From contig NC_058368.1 in NCBI RefSeq assembly GCF_018350175.1, positions 80,478,001-80,542,000 on the forward strand: DNA of 64,000 bases, in the 5' to 3' direction. Of this stretch, positions 50,749-63,583 are shown in pieces (the first letter of the stretch is position 1; each line of letters begins with the position of its first letter). The DNA is from Felis catus. Its lineage: Eukaryota. The position numbers were made by a program, and so were the translations under genes. The notes below the pieces were generated by a model, which searched no databases, was not told the origin of the DNA, and saw only the letters and a program-made list of their open reading frames with translations.

Positions 50749-52849
50749 ATATTGTTCTTTTCAAACATAGTTAGATTTGGTTCGCTAATATTTTGTTGGG
50801 GATTTGTGTATCTGTGTTCATGAGAAATGTTGGTCTGTAGCTTTCCTTACTTAAAATGTCTCTACCTGGCTTTGGTCTTAGGGTGACGCTGACCTTCTAG
50901 AATCGGTTCTATTTTCTGGAAGAGATTGTGCAGAAATGCTATCCTTTCTTTCTTAAATTTGTGATAGAATCTGTCAGTGAAACCGTCTGGACCTGGTGTT
51001 GTCTTCTGTGGTGGGTTGCTAATTTCTGATTCAATTTTATCATGGCCCGTTGACAAGGCAAATTAACACTCTTGCTGCGACTGTATAAACAGTCAGGCCA
51101 AGCCTAATGAGACCAACCTGACCTTGTGACTGGCAGTAATCTTTGGTGATATTATTATGATCACAAGGAAGACTGTAGGGAAAGATTCAGAAAGACTTTG
51201 AAATGGGTTAAAAATGAAAGCGGGATTGGTGGTACTGGTCTAGTTAGCCATTCAGGCGATCTCGCTGTTTTACTGGCTTTGAGCTATTTTACAACTCTGT
51301 AACTTCGCAGAAAACTGAGAGAATGCAGATAATTCTTACCAGTAGAAATGCATATTCTGTTAGGTGGGGTGCCATCGATTATTGCCCTGTAGATATTGGT
51401 CGGTTTTGCTAGTTTTGCATCTATTTGTGACTGCTTCTCAGTATTCCTTTATTACCATAAATGTGTTGTACTTCAAATTTTTGTTAAATTCCTCCTTAAA
51501 TTTCTCCTCCACATCTTACTGGTTCCCTCATTAATTGATGAATTAAATAGAATATGTGTCATGTGTTCGTTTGATACTTTCTATGCGAGTCATGCTTTTA
51601 CTTTTAAAAAATTGTCCTTTAGCAAACATACTAGGATTTCTTCCCAGAAAATGCACACTGACAGCTGGTACCGCACGCAGTTTAGGGGTTTACAGCCCCG
51701 TAAGCCCATCTGTGGGACCCTGTCTGTTCTCAGAGGGCAGGCTGCGATGCCTCCGTCTAATGTGCTACAGTGATCATGCTTTTTCACCCGTGAGCTGATG
51801 ACAAGTGGCAGGAGTGACAGCTCACACATTTGAGTGTCCCTCGCGGAGGCTAGCATAGTGTCCACTCAGCAGGTGCGCTCACCTGAATGACAGGACAGCT
51901 TTCTCTGCAGGCCGGGCTCGTGGTGAATGGTGATTGGTGGGTGGTGGGTGGAGGGTGGCGGGTGATGGATGGTGGAGCTCCATGGCCGAGTTGGAAGCCA
52001 GAGTGCGCACGCTGGTGAAAGCGTGCAGGTGAACTTCAGGGCTTGGTGGCAGGCGGGACTCCAGTGACGCCAGGCTGCACCTCACTGCAGGGGAGTCTTG
52101 TCAACGAGTTCTTCTCCACATTTCTGGGCGGTCTTAACTCGTGTTTCCCCGACACTCAGAGAGATAGGGGTTAGGGTTATTCCACTGGCACAGTGTCAGG
52201 AAGGGATTTTTGATAGAGTGAAAGACCCTGTACGAAATTCAACGGAAACTTCAAAAATCACCTGCTAAATTGTCTTCAAGAATCTTGGTTTTCAGTGTAG
52301 CCTCAGGATAGAAGTTAACAATAGTAAGTTAGAACGTACATCAAGGAGTGCCTTGGAAAGGACCCAGGGTGGAAACTCACATGACCTAATTCTGGTGTTG
52401 ATCCTGATCGTCAGGTGGGTCCTTTGAAGTTTTGTGTCTTTCAGGACACAGAGGGGTGCCTGCCCCACACTCCTTGTGGCTTCTGTGTGTGTGTGTGTGG
52501 GGGGGGGTCAAAGCTTAAATATCTTCAAATATTGTGGAAATAAACTCTACCCAGATGAGAAAAGCAAAGGCTGTTTATTCATAAGCGGCTACAGAGGAGG
52601 GCATCGGCCATCATCACCTGCACGGGGGACAGACTGAAGGCGGGCAGGGAGGGGAGGGCTTGCAGTGGACCAGGGGACAGCCCTGGTGTGCTCTGATGGA
52701 GGCAGGTGCTGGCCCGGAGACCTCGGAAGTGGTATGTAGGAGCAGGCGTGCCGTGTGATTGGTTAGGGGATTGTATCTGGCTTTCCCTGGTTGGTCCTGA
52801 GTTGGAACAGGGACACAAGTCAGGGAAGCTGTCAGTTATTATTTACTTT

Positions 52850-53074
52850 TTTTTTTTTTTTTTAATTTTTTTAATGTTTTATTTATTTTTGAGACAGAGA
52901 GAGACAGAGCATGAACAGGGGAGGGTCAGAGAGAGGGAGACACAGAATGTGAAACAGGCTCCAGGCTCTGAGCTGTTAGCACAGAGCCCGACGCGGGGCT
53001 CGAACTCACGGACCGCGAGATCATGACCTGAGCCGAAGTCGGCCGCTTAACCGACTGAGCCACCCAGGCGCCCC
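52850..53074 (-). mobile_element. Can-SINE (younger, nested)
   Basis: TSD agttattatttacttt at 52834-52849 and 53075-53090. Confidence 0.95.
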
Positions 53075-53090
53075 AGTTATTATTTACTTT

Positions 53091-53326
53091 TGTATTTATT
53101 TTAATTTTTTAATCTTTATTTTTATTTTTGAGAGAGAGAGAGAGAGAGAGAGCACGTGTGCAGGTAGGGGAGGGGCAGAGAGAGAGAGGGAGACACAGAA
53201 TCTGAAGCAGGCTCCAGGCTCTGAACTGTCAGCACAGGGCCTGATGTGGGGCTCGAACTCGCAGACTGGGAGATCATGACCTGAGCTGAAGTCGGTCGCT
53301 CAACCGATTGAGTCCCCCAGGCGCCC
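53091..53326 (-). mobile_element. Can-SINE (older)
   Basis: TSD ggaagctgtcagttatt at 52824-52840 and 53328-53344. Confidence 0.93.
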
Positions 53327-54752
53327 TGGAAGCTGTCAGTTATTGATCAAGCCCTGGCCGTTTGGGGCTGATCATTCCAGAAGTTACTGTTTACCTTCCT
53401 GGATTGTCACTAGAGATGGCCATCTGGCCCCTTCAGGTCTGACTCACAGCATGCTGGCTTCCGAGGGTGTTTATTGTAGTTAATGGGTTGGTTTCCTGGG
53501 CAGGCTGCTGCAGGTTGTGGGTCAAAGTTCTATTTTTATATACATTCTGGCCACTGTCCATTTGTATATTCCATTTCTCTATTTGTATATATTCCATTTG
53601 AAAGACATCAAATTCTGAATGTGACCGAACTGATTTATGAGACTAGCGTTCGGTATTTCTTAAGAGGGTAGTCCTAAAGAAACCCCAAAATCTGACTTGA
53701 ACCGAATAGACAATTCCGCAGAAACTGCCGGAGGAGGCAACAGGAGCTCCTGTTTAAAGGCTTCCCTTAAATCCACTGCCCGGAAAGCTGAGCTGGGTCA
53801 AGTGTGGAGCTCTCTTTCCAGCCCCGTCCTTGTTTGGAGCAGGTGGACGGGGGAGGGGAAGCAGCTGACAGGAATTAATATCCCCAAGACACTCATTACC
53901 TAATTTTTATATCCAGAATCACAGAGATGGAAGGGGCTCATAAAGTCACTGGTCCAGCCCTGCCCTGGATGAGCATTTCTCAATTGTTTTTGTAAAAGTT
54001 CAGCTGAGACCAGGACACAATAATCTTACTTGGCAGCTGATCATGGGATTCAAGCTGCCGGAAAAGTCAAGTGCAAAAGGCAGCCATGAAAGCAGCAGAC
54101 AAGAAGCCATGCCTGGTGGGGCTGAGTGCACACAGGGCTGTTCTGGAGCCATCACTACCTGACCAACAGGCTGGGGGAGACGGCGTTGAGTTAGCTAGTG
54201 GTCCCCTCACCTGCAGGCATCCTCACTCTTCTGAATTGGCAACTGGCACCATTACATGGATTTGACAACCTCTCGGCTGAAAGATTTCATTGCTACCTTC
54301 TGTTTCAGTCTTCACTTCGTTGGAAGCAGGCATGTCCAAATGCTTTCTAATAAACTAAAAAAAATCGTAAGCTTATATAAAATTGCAAGTAACTGTACAT
54401 ACGACAAAACATTTTTCCTGAACCGTTTTAGAGTAAGTTGAGGGCTTGACAACCCCCCCAAATATTTCAGTATGTAGTTTTTGCAAACAATGGCTTCCTC
54501 CTATACAAGTATGAAATATCTACCAAAATCAAGAACACAATATGGGTGCATTGTACCTTATGTAATAAAACATTCCAAAAGATTACCACTATCTAATCTT
54601 CATATTCCAATAGCATTAATCCTTACCCCCAAATTTAGCAAGATGATGGATATAAAATTAATAGACTCAAATACGTAGCTTTTCTATCTGTTAGTAATAA
54701 CCAACTATAGGATGTGATAAAAGATATTCTTCATGTTATAGCAAAAACTACC

Positions 54753-54926
54753 TTTTTTTGTTTATTTTCGAGAGACAGAGAGCACAAGTGGGGAGAGGCA
54801 GACAGAGAGGGAGAGGGAAGATTCTAGGCGGGTTCCCCTCCCCGACGTGGGGCTTCATCCCACAAACCATGAGATCGTGACCTGAGCCGAAGTCGGATGC
54901 TCAACCAACTGAGCCACCCAGGCGCC
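54753..54926 (-). mobile_element. Can-SINE
   Basis: SINE body with an internal deletion. Confidence 0.88.
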
Positions 54927-55090
54927 TGGCACTATGTGGTTTAACTACCACGTGTGTTTTCTATGAGAGCAGAGACTCAGGCATAAAAGACTCGAAGAGA
55001 TCATGTCCGGTCTATAAGAGAGCAGGGATGGGGAGGTGTCCAAGGGGAACGCTGGTGTATCTAGGGTGTTTTAGTGTGTTTTGGAATTGC

Positions 55091-55269
55091 CTTTTTTTTT
55101 TAAATGTTTATTTATTTTGAGAGAGAGAGAGAGAGTGGGGAAGGGGCAGAGGGAGGGAGAGAGAGAATCCAAGCAGGCTCCCAACGTGGGGCTCGATCCC
55201 GTGAACCGTGAGATCATGACCTGAGCCGAAATCAAGAGCTGGAGGCTTAACCACCGAGCCAGGCACCCC
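55091..55269 (-). mobile_element. Can-SINE
   Basis: SINE body; flanking tggaattgc duplication. Confidence 0.88.
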
Positions 55270-55599
55270 TGGAATTGCTTTAAAATGCCTCCGTATCGCT
55301 TATTTAACTAAAATTTGATGAAAAAAACCTAACTTAAAGTATTACTGGAGTCTGTCTTCTGTTGTCAAACAAAAGAGATCAGACACCAGGCTGAGTTCCT
55401 TTCCTGTCTGTGTCTCCAACTGACTTCAACTTACAGAAGCTGGAGACAATCATGATCTGACGCTGTTAAATAAGAGCATTGGAAAGAATCCTCTTTTAAC
55501 TGGGGATATAATTACAGCCACATCCATGTCCAAAACAATCGATAGCTCAGATAAAGGTGAGGGCCGTGTGCAAAGGCACTTTGACAGAAGTTTAGAAAC

Positions 55600-55900
55600 T
55601 GGTGGGCTTGTTTGGGATTCGTCACAGCATGGTGGCCGCGTTCCCAGAGCAAGCGTCCCCAAAGAGCCAGGTAGAAACGCATGACTTGCTTCCGGCATCA
55701 TCCGGCCTCAGAGGTCACATGGCGTCAGCTCAGCCACACTCTTTTGGTCAAGACTGTGGCAAAGTCTGCCCGGAGTCCAGTGGCGGGAACCACTGGTTTG
55801 ATAGAAGAGGTGTCACCGTCACCCAGTTTAAGGGAGAAAAAAAAAAAAAGCACGTGCAACGGGAGACACGGTTGTGGCCGTCTTTGGAAATCACCCCCTG
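55600..55900 (-). mobile_element. Old MLT1 (MLT1J/K-like) MaLR LTR fragment
   Basis: cacagcatggtggcc...gcctcagaggtcacatggcgtca...cacactcttttggtca. Confidence 0.55.
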
Positions 55901-57028
55901 GGACCAAGCCACGTGCAAAAGGCACTCGCAAACCTTGCAGACACCTGGCTTCACGGGAAACAGGAGACACCAGATCCTCCTTTGGGACATGCGTCAGGAA
56001 TCACGGGCATTTCACCCGACATGTAGTAATTTGCAAACTTAGTAGACAGGGTCATCTAGGACAGTGCGTACGTGTCCCGTTGAGGTCTTTGATGTGAGTA
56101 ATAAGGGTCTCCTGGCGATTTTTAGTTTTGCAATGTTGTACATTGATTGGACATAACTGTGACTGAAGTATAACTAGAAGTTTCTTTCTTTGCTTTGAGC
56201 GGGAATGTGTGCTAACTCAGAATCGTGCTTCTCAGTCCCCCGATTGAGCCCGGAGAGGAGGGAAATTGCAGGGGCTCTCTGGGGTTGGACCGCTGATTGT
56301 GTGTGAATGAAGACACAGATCCCTTCACTGCTTAGAGGACTGTGGTGCCAGGAACTGAAATAGGAAGTCGTAGGGAAGAGCTGGTCGGGCAGGTGTTACG
56401 TACCCACTGTCGCTCAGCCTCTCTGTTCACCCCTTTCTTCCCTGCTTTGTGGCAACAGGGCCAGACGGCTGAGTCACATCCCAGGTGTACACGATCTTGT
56501 TGGGTTCTCCTGACAGGGGAGGGGTCGGAAGGCAGGAGGAGGGAGGGGGCTTGCTTCTGGTTCTCTCAGGCCCCCTTAGCCAGCATCTGTGGCTTCCCCA
56601 TCCTTCCCCTGTCCTGGTCTGGCCACATGTCAGTCGCCCTTCATGCTACCAGGCTGCTGGTCACTGCCCCCCCTCTCCCGGGTCCCCAGCTCCTGGGGGT
56701 GGCAGATGCTTCCCGCAACTACTAATCTTACCTTCTGCTCATCTGCCTTTCCGGCCTCCGTCGCCTGCGGAACTGGGTCCCCGAACTGAAACAGTCGGTG
56801 TGGTTTCTGCCTGCCTGACTGGACGTGTTGAGTTTGCACGCAGGCCGTTTACGTTCTGTGGGCTTCAGGACTTTCTTTCCGTGTCGCTCACTTCTCCACT
56901 GCAGGGAAGTGCGGGAAGTACTTGAGAGTGTTCTTTGATCAACGAACCTGGACTCACAGGAAAGCAAGTAGAAATTGCAGTGCTTGAGCTCAGGAAAGAA
57001 TTGGGGTCTAGGAAGACAGATTTAAGAA

Positions 57029-57236
57029 TGGGGTGCCTGGGTGGCTCAGTCAGTTGAGCATCTGGCTCTTGTTTTTGGCTCCGGTTATGATCTCACGGTG
57101 CATGAGTTCGAGCCCCGCGTCAGACTCTGTGCTGACAGCTCAGAGTTGGCTTTGGATTCTCTCTCTCCCTCCCTCTTTGCCCCTCCTTGAATCACACTCT
57201 TTCTCTCAAAATAAATAAATATTAAAAAAAAAAAAA
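57029..57236 (+). mobile_element. Can-SINE
   Basis: ggggtgcctgggtggctcagtcagttgagc head; A tail. Confidence 0.92.
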
Positions 57237-57519
57237 GAACCTACAGGAAGATAGATTTAAGAGTTATCTGTGTGGTGAGGATACTCACGAGCCATCAGCA
57301 CAGGAAGGAAAGAGGAGTGAGGCGCTTTGGGGGAAAGTCTAATGTGAGCCAGACTGTTTTATTTGCCTGGAAAGAGAGGCTAAACTCAAAACGGAACAAA
57401 ATCAAACCAAAGAAGTCATCAGTTATAGTTCCGTGGCTAACTCCCCTCCCTAGATGTTACAAAACGTGTCAAAAAAGTTGTGGGGCTATAAAGACAATGT
57501 TGTATTTCTGCAGCTGGGA

Positions 57520-58340
57520 CCGTACGGGGCCGGCTTCTTGCTGGGGCCGGAGAGGCGGACGGAGCTCACCCCGGTCGCCGGATAGAAAAGCACCGAAGAA
57601 GTACCAGCCTGTATCGTTTACAATCTGGGTTTGGTTCTTGATAGGTAAAAACAAGATCACAGTCTCAATGCCACATCAGATGTGACCGCTGCGCGCGTGG
57701 CCGGGTCATACAGTGTGTAATGGCACAGAGGAAGAGCACTCCGGGGACACACAGGCCTCCGGGCCGGACGCGCTCAGCTGTGCCCGCGGCTCGGGTCTGA
57801 ATCGCGTTCGTGCTACGGGTTCCCACTGTTCTCGCTTTTCCCGGGCTCAGGGGGCGCTTCCCCACCCGCAAAGCCCCCGTTCACCCCTCCGCTTCGCTTC
57901 TCTCCGCGGCTCTTCATTTTCTTTGACAAGCGCTTTGTGGCCCGCTCTGCCGGCCCCTTCCCTGCACCGCCCGAGGAAGAGTGGCTCTCCCACTCGGAGC
58001 GCTTACGCTGGCTAGCACGCTGGGGTTTCCTAAGTGAAATTCTGGCTACAGTCCCAGCGTGTGTTTGAGTCCTCCTGTGCTCTGAAGTGTGAGTCTGCAC
58101 ACCGGCACGCGGTCTGTGTGTCTGTGTCCCGCGCCTCCCTGGTGGCACTGTGGGTCCCTGCTGCTGTCCCCTGGCACATAAGCCCAGCACAGCTGCTGCC
58201 CCAGGCCCCCGGCTGCATTCAGCTGTCCGGACGGTCACTCTGTGCCGCCCCCACACCTCCTCTGCCGTTTCCAGGATACATCTCCGTGTGTTCTCCGCCG
58301 AGGGCTCCGCGGACTCGTCCCCTCTGTGAAATCGAATTGT
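57520..58340. promoter_or_regulatory. Small orphan CpG-rich island
   Basis: Locally dense CpGs outside recognisable repeats; no associated coding exon seen. Confidence 0.5.
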
Positions 58341-58947
58341 AATGGTGTGACTGGGAGCGGTCCACTGGCCCAGTGAGAAGCCCCATGTCCTTCCTTGCCT
58401 GGCTCCCAGGCTGCAGGGTTGACCGGGATTTCTGTGGGCACTGTGGCCTCTCGCTTGACAAGGGCCCAGGCCGCCAGGGGGACCCTTGAGGAAAGACAGC
58501 ATCAGTGGGCGTGGTCGTTAGGGCAGCCCCTCATCTCTACCTCTTCCTGTTTGTCTCACAGCAGAAAGATGAACTGATCCAACGCCCGTGTGGACGACTT
58601 TCAGAACTCACGCCGAGCCTCAGAGCGATTTCCAAAGTCCTCTCAGTGGATACTGCTGTCACATTTGAGATGTTTTTGCAGATGTAGCTCCTAAATCCTC
58701 TGCCTCTCGACTCCGCCCTACCCCCACCCCCCCCAACACAAATGACAACTGTGGTCAAAAAGTAAAGTCCTGCTCGTGAATAAAGCAACTAACTGGTTTT
58801 GGCCATCTGGAAACTAGCAGAAATCAGACCTCTGGAATGAATCATGGAATAGACCAAATGAATTTAAATCGATCGCCTTGACATTAGGCTTAATTTTCCA
58901 GGAGGGTTTTATTTTATGTCTCTGGTCATCTTTTGATGGCTCAGGTT

Positions 58948-59176
58948 TGTTTGTTTGTTTTTAATTTTTTTTAAACATTTATTCATTTTTGAGAGTGAGA
59001 GAGACAGAGCATGAGCAGGGGAAGGGCAGAGAGAGAGGGAGACACAGAATCCGAAGCAGGCTCCAGGCTCCGAGCCATCAGCGCAGGGCCCGACGCGGGG
59101 CTTAAACCCACGAACCGTGAGATCATGACCTGAGCTGAAGTCAGACGCTCAACCGACTGAGCCAGCCAGGCGCCCC
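58948..59176 (-). mobile_element. Can-SINE
   Basis: TSD atggctcaggttt. Confidence 0.94.
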
Positions 59177-59591
59177 TATGGCTCAGGTTTTAAATTCTGT
59201 GTGTCTGTTTTAAGAAAAATCCCAGAGTGAGCACCAAATGCTTTGGGCTTCCTCCCCCGGATGAGTAACATGTGCTTTGGGAATGGAGGTGAGCTTTGGT
59301 GGTGGCCTCTAGCAAGTCATCTGAGGCTCTGAGCGTCCTCGCTCAGACTCCGTGCCGTCCCCCAGCTGCTGCCCGCTCTCTGCCGTTGTCTCGGGTGCTG
59401 TTTATTGAGCGCTACATGTCTGCGCCGTGCTCTGCACCAGGCATGGCTTTCTCAGGAGGGCTGCGTTGTGACTGAGTCTTGATTTTCTTGCAATGAAGCC
59501 CCACTTCTCAAATCCTGGCTCCATGAAGAGAATGATCATTTAGGTAGCTCCTTTTTTTTTTTTTTAAGTTTATGTAGAATTTGCATTTCTC

Positions 59592-59811
59592 TCTCTCTTT
59601 TTTTTAATGTTCATTTATTTTTGAGATAGAGAGAGAGAGAGAGAGAGACAGGGCACGAGGTGGGGAGGGGCAGAGAGAGAGGGAGACACAGAATCTGAAG
59701 CAGATTCTGAACTGTCAGCCCAGAGCCCGACACGGGGCTCAAACTCACGAGCTGTGAGATCGTGACCTGAGCCGAAGTCGGAGGCTCACTCACTGAGCCC
59801 CCCAGGCGCCC
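59592..59811 (-). mobile_element. Can-SINE
   Basis: (GA)n tract and SINE body. Confidence 0.92.
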
Positions 59812-60559
59812 CGGGAGCTGCTTGTATTGTACATGTTGCCCCCTGGCTTCCTTCTTGCGCTCCTAAAACAGATTTGTTCACCATCAACAGCTGTTTCTCT
59901 GATGTGCGTCTCTTCCGCGAATGACAAATCCCTCAGTAATGGCACATCACGGCAGGGATGCCAGGCGCTGGCCCTGTTGGAAAGGGTGGAGTGGTTCTTC
60001 CTCAGGCCGTTTCAGCTGTGACAGTGACACATGGGGAGACACCTGCCCCACAGGAAGCAGCAGAAATCCCAGGCGCTGATGCGTCAGCTGGGCTCCTCTG
60101 ACGGGCTCATGCCCTGCCGTCCAGCTGTCCCTGGTCCCGGCCTGAACCAGTGACCTCGGAACCCAACCAGCTGAAACACCCTGTCACATGTTATTTTATT
60201 TTAAAACCTCGGCTCCCCTTACAGAGTCCTGCACCGTCAGACGCCCTCGCTGCAGTCAGGTGGGCGGGAGAGCATCGACTGCAGAAAGATCTAGAGTTTC
60301 CTGTGGTCCTCACTTTTTATCAACATCAGGGGGGAGCGACTGCTCAGCTTGACGGGATTAGCCCCCAGCAGGCCTCATCCACATCAGAGGCCTCCACCCA
60401 AAGGCCAGCAGGGCAGAGGGCTGGAGAAAGTCAAGGGTCAAGGGTAGCGGCCCTTCGACCCCCACCTCCACTCTTCCCCAGCTGGGCCTATGTAATATGT
60501 GATCCCCGCTCCACCCTGCCTCCCCCACCGTCCGAAGGGACTTGGGAGAGGGCTCCTTG

Positions 60560-60792
60560 CTGGTCCTTGCCACACTCTCCTTGCTGTGATCTGGCTGCTG
60601 CCACAAACCTAGGAGCCTGGGGCCACCAGAGGCTGGACCAGGCAGGGAGGGTCCTTCCCCAGAGCCTTCGGAAGGAAGCGGCCCTGTCAGCACTTTGATT
60701 CCAGACTTTTGCCTCCAGAACTTTGAGGGGATACATTTCTGCTGTTCTAAGCTCCCCAGTGTGGCAGACAGAGACACGGGGAGAACTTTGCA
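60560..60792 (+). mobile_element. MLT1C-like MaLR LTR 3' part
   Basis: gccaccagaggctgg...agagccttcggaaggaagcggccctg...gcctccagaactttgagggga tacatttctgctgttctaagc. Confidence 0.75.
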
Positions 60793-61609
60793 AAACCTCA
60801 AGAAGCTACTGCCTCGCTGAGCTCCTCCAGCCCCTGTGGACGCACACGCACCTCGTGGGGCTCTGGGGGGGGGCAGCCCGCGTGCATGCACACGCACATC
60901 GAGTGGGGCCCTCGGTGGTGGGGGGGGGGTCGGTCTAGTGTCCACACCGCCCCTCTCGGAAAGGGTGGCTCTGCAGAGGGTTCCGGACTGGACGCAGAAG
61001 AGCTCCCTCGGGAGGGTCCTCATTCACCAGTCCGCGAGGGCGCAACGCTCTCAGAACCGTCTAGCACCTGTTCCAGGAAACTGCTTTCCCTGCAAATTGT
61101 CACAATAGGGTCACGAAGTTTATTGAAGTTACGATACCGATTCCAAAGTATTCAAAAGTTTACAAATCCAGTCTTAGAGTGGATTCGGTGTTTTTTCCAC
61201 TGCAAGAACCGAGATCCAATATCATGTTATCAGCACCTAGAGGAGATTTACTTCCGTATTGAAAAGAAAAACCAAAAACTCAGGGAGCACAACTTTTTCT
61301 GGGAAGTATTTCCTGGTTTCCATCAAATCCACCCCCTTGCCCAGAGCAGGTGGGAAGCCAGGCGCTCCCTGAAGGGGGCGCAGGAAGGGAAAGGGGCTTT
61401 GGCCTAGGGGAGGTGCCCAGGGGAGAGAGATGAGCCAGTCGGTAAGCAACAGTCCAATGTCCGTGAATGAGTTTCATGATGTTTTAAAATAATTTAAAAC
61501 TGTGAGCTTTGTTAACATCAGGGTATTTTTATTTGATTGAAATGTTAATGAAAGATTCCATACATGTTTGATTACAAAATCACTCGTATGATGAATATGC
61601 TTGCATTAA

Positions 61610-61820
61610 TTTTTTTTAACATTTATTTATTTTTAGGACAGAGAGAGACAGAGCATGAACAGGGGAGGGGCAGAGAGAGAGGGAGACACAGAATTGGAAG
61701 CAGGCTCCAGGCTCTGAGCCATCAGCCCAGAGCCCGACACGGGGCTCAAACTCACGGACCGCAAGATCGTGACCTGAGCTGAAGTCGTACGCTTAACCGA
61801 CTGAGCCACCCAGGGACCCC
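61610..61820 (-). mobile_element. Can-SINE
   Basis: TSD tgcttgcatt. Confidence 0.94.
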
Positions 61821-61883
61821 TGCTTGCATTTACCTGTGCACTCTTCTGTCCCTCCCACTGTCTCTCAAGAACAGAACCCAGAG

Positions 61884-62700
61884 TGTCCCTCTCTCCTGGA
61901 GTATCCCTCTCTCCTGGAGTAGCTGTCTCTCCAAGAGTAGCCTCTTTCTGATAGTATCCTCTGTGCTAGAGTATTCAAGTGCTCTCTCTTGAAGTATCCC
62001 TCTCTCCTGGAGTATTCTCTCTCCTGGAATTGCTCTCTCTTCTGGAGTAGGCTCTCTCATGGAGTATCCCTCTCTCCTGGAGTAGTTGTCTGTCCTGGAA
62101 TAGCCTTTCTCCTGGAGTATCCATCTGTCCTGGAGTATCCCTCTCTCCTAGAGTATCCTTCTCTTCCTGGAGTAGCTATCTCTTCTGGAGTAGCTGTCTC
62201 TTCCAGAGTAGCCTCTTTCCTATAGTGTCCTCTGTCCTGGAGTATTCCTCTCCCCTGAAGTATCCTTTTTCCTGGAGTATCCCTCTCTCCTGGAGTAGCT
62301 GTCTCTCCTGGACGAGCCTCTTTCTTGTAGTATCGTCTGTCCTGGAGTATCCCTTTCTCCTGGAGTATCCCTCTCTCCTGGACTATCCATTTCTTCTGGA
62401 GGATCCTCTCTTCTGGGCTATCTCTCTATCCTGTAGTAGCCTCTCTCCTGGACTAGCCCTCTCTCCTGGAGTTTCTTCTCTCTTAGAGTAGCTCTCTCTG
62501 CTGGAGTAGCCTCTCTCCTGTAGTATCTTCTCTCCTGGAGTATCCCTCTCTCCTGGAATAGCTTTCTCCCCTGAAGCAGCTCTCTTTCCTTTAGCACCCC
62601 TCTTTCCTGGAGCATCCCTCTCTCCTGAGTTAGCCCTCTCTCCTGGAGTATCCTCTCTCCTGGATTACCTCCCCCCCTTCTTGGATTACCCTCTCTGCAG
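61884..62700. repeat. Minisatellite, about 45 units of 17-18 bp, consensus CTCTCTCCTGGAGTATCC
   Basis: Directly visible tandem array; yields the repetitive LLEYPS / LQERG pseudo-ORFs. Confidence 0.95.
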
Positions 62701-62944
62701 GATGCTTCTTCTAAGTGTACAACAGCATGGCTCTAGAGCCCCTGTCCATTATTCCTGAGGCTCTCTGTAGAAGGTGGGCAACTAGCAGGTGATCTTGAGC
62801 TTGGCTGTTTTGAATAGTTCTGAACAAGGACGATTTTCTTCACGTATGTTATGCAAATGAGCGGTTTGCTTCAGATTCCAACATAATTAACTCTCCACCC
62901 CTTATGTTTCCAGAACAGGGTGTCTAGAGGATTTTTGCCGGGTC

Positions 62945-63062
62945 TTTGACTGTCGTGGGGCTGTCCTGGGCACTGTGGGGTGCAGGCAGCACCGTGAGAC
63001 TAGTTTGGCAACAAAGGATGTCTCCAGGCACTGCCATGTGTTGCCCCTGGTTGAGGCCACTG
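62945..63062 (-). mobile_element. MER20 DNA transposon remnant
   Basis: tggggctgtcctgggcactgt...atgtctccaggcactgcca...ctggttgaggccactg. Confidence 0.75.
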
Positions 63063-63358
63063 CTCTGGAAGGAGCACTGCTTCTGGTAAATAAAGAAGCA
63101 TGAGGACCCACCTCTGCCTGGCTTGCACTCTGTTTTCAAAATCACCCTAATTCCATAGTATTTCTGTCTGTACGCACACACAACACACGGGATGCTACGT
63201 GTGTAGAGCCAGATGGAGCCCTGCTGACCATGTGTGTGGGAAATATATTCCAGGCTATCATGATAAAATGAGGTCACCATCATTTACTTACAGTGTTAAA
63301 AATGCAAGATTTTTCTGGCAAAAAGTTTTCTTGCAAATTTAAAACTCAGTGACTTCTT

Positions 63359-63583
63359 GGGGCTCCTGGGTGGCTCAGTTGGCTAAGTGTCCTGCTTTGG
63401 CTCAGGTCATGATCTCGCAGTCTGTGAGTTCGAGCCCCGCGTTGGGCTCTGTGCTGACAGCTCAGATCCTGGAGCCTGCTTCGGATTCTGTGTCTCCCTC
63501 TCTCTCTGCTCCTCCCCCGCTCACACTCTGTCTCTGTCAAAAATAAATAAACAGTAAAAAAGTAAAAAACACAAAACAAAAAA
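63359..63583 (+). mobile_element. Can-SINE
   Basis: TSD ctcagtgacttctt / ctcagcgacttctt. Confidence 0.94.

Larger units (their letters stand above)
50160..51045 (-). mobile_element. L1 ORF2 fragment interrupted by two SINEs
   Basis: ORF 50862-51056 reads PGPDGFTDRFYHKFKKERIAFLHNLFQKIE, an L1 ORF2 motif. Confidence 0.85.
52533..53580 (-). mobile_element. Old LTR (family uncertain) interrupted by two nested SINEs
   Basis: TG start, minus-strand AATAAA (tttatt near 52574), gattggtt boxes; the sequence resumes after the duplicated ggaagctgtcagttatt. Confidence 0.55.

Noticed and set aside
57813..58502. 229-aa minus-strand ORF
   Set aside because: Expected by chance in GC-rich DNA; no homology recognised.
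60150..61407. Overlapping 170-220 aa ORFs
   Set aside because: They overlap an MLT1 LTR and GC-rich sequence; no domain signal.
61830..62615. Repetitive LLEYPS / LQERG ORFs, and a possible CRISPR-like reading of the array
   Set aside because: Translation artefacts of the 18-bp minisatellite; no unique spacers or cas genes, and the DNA is mammalian.
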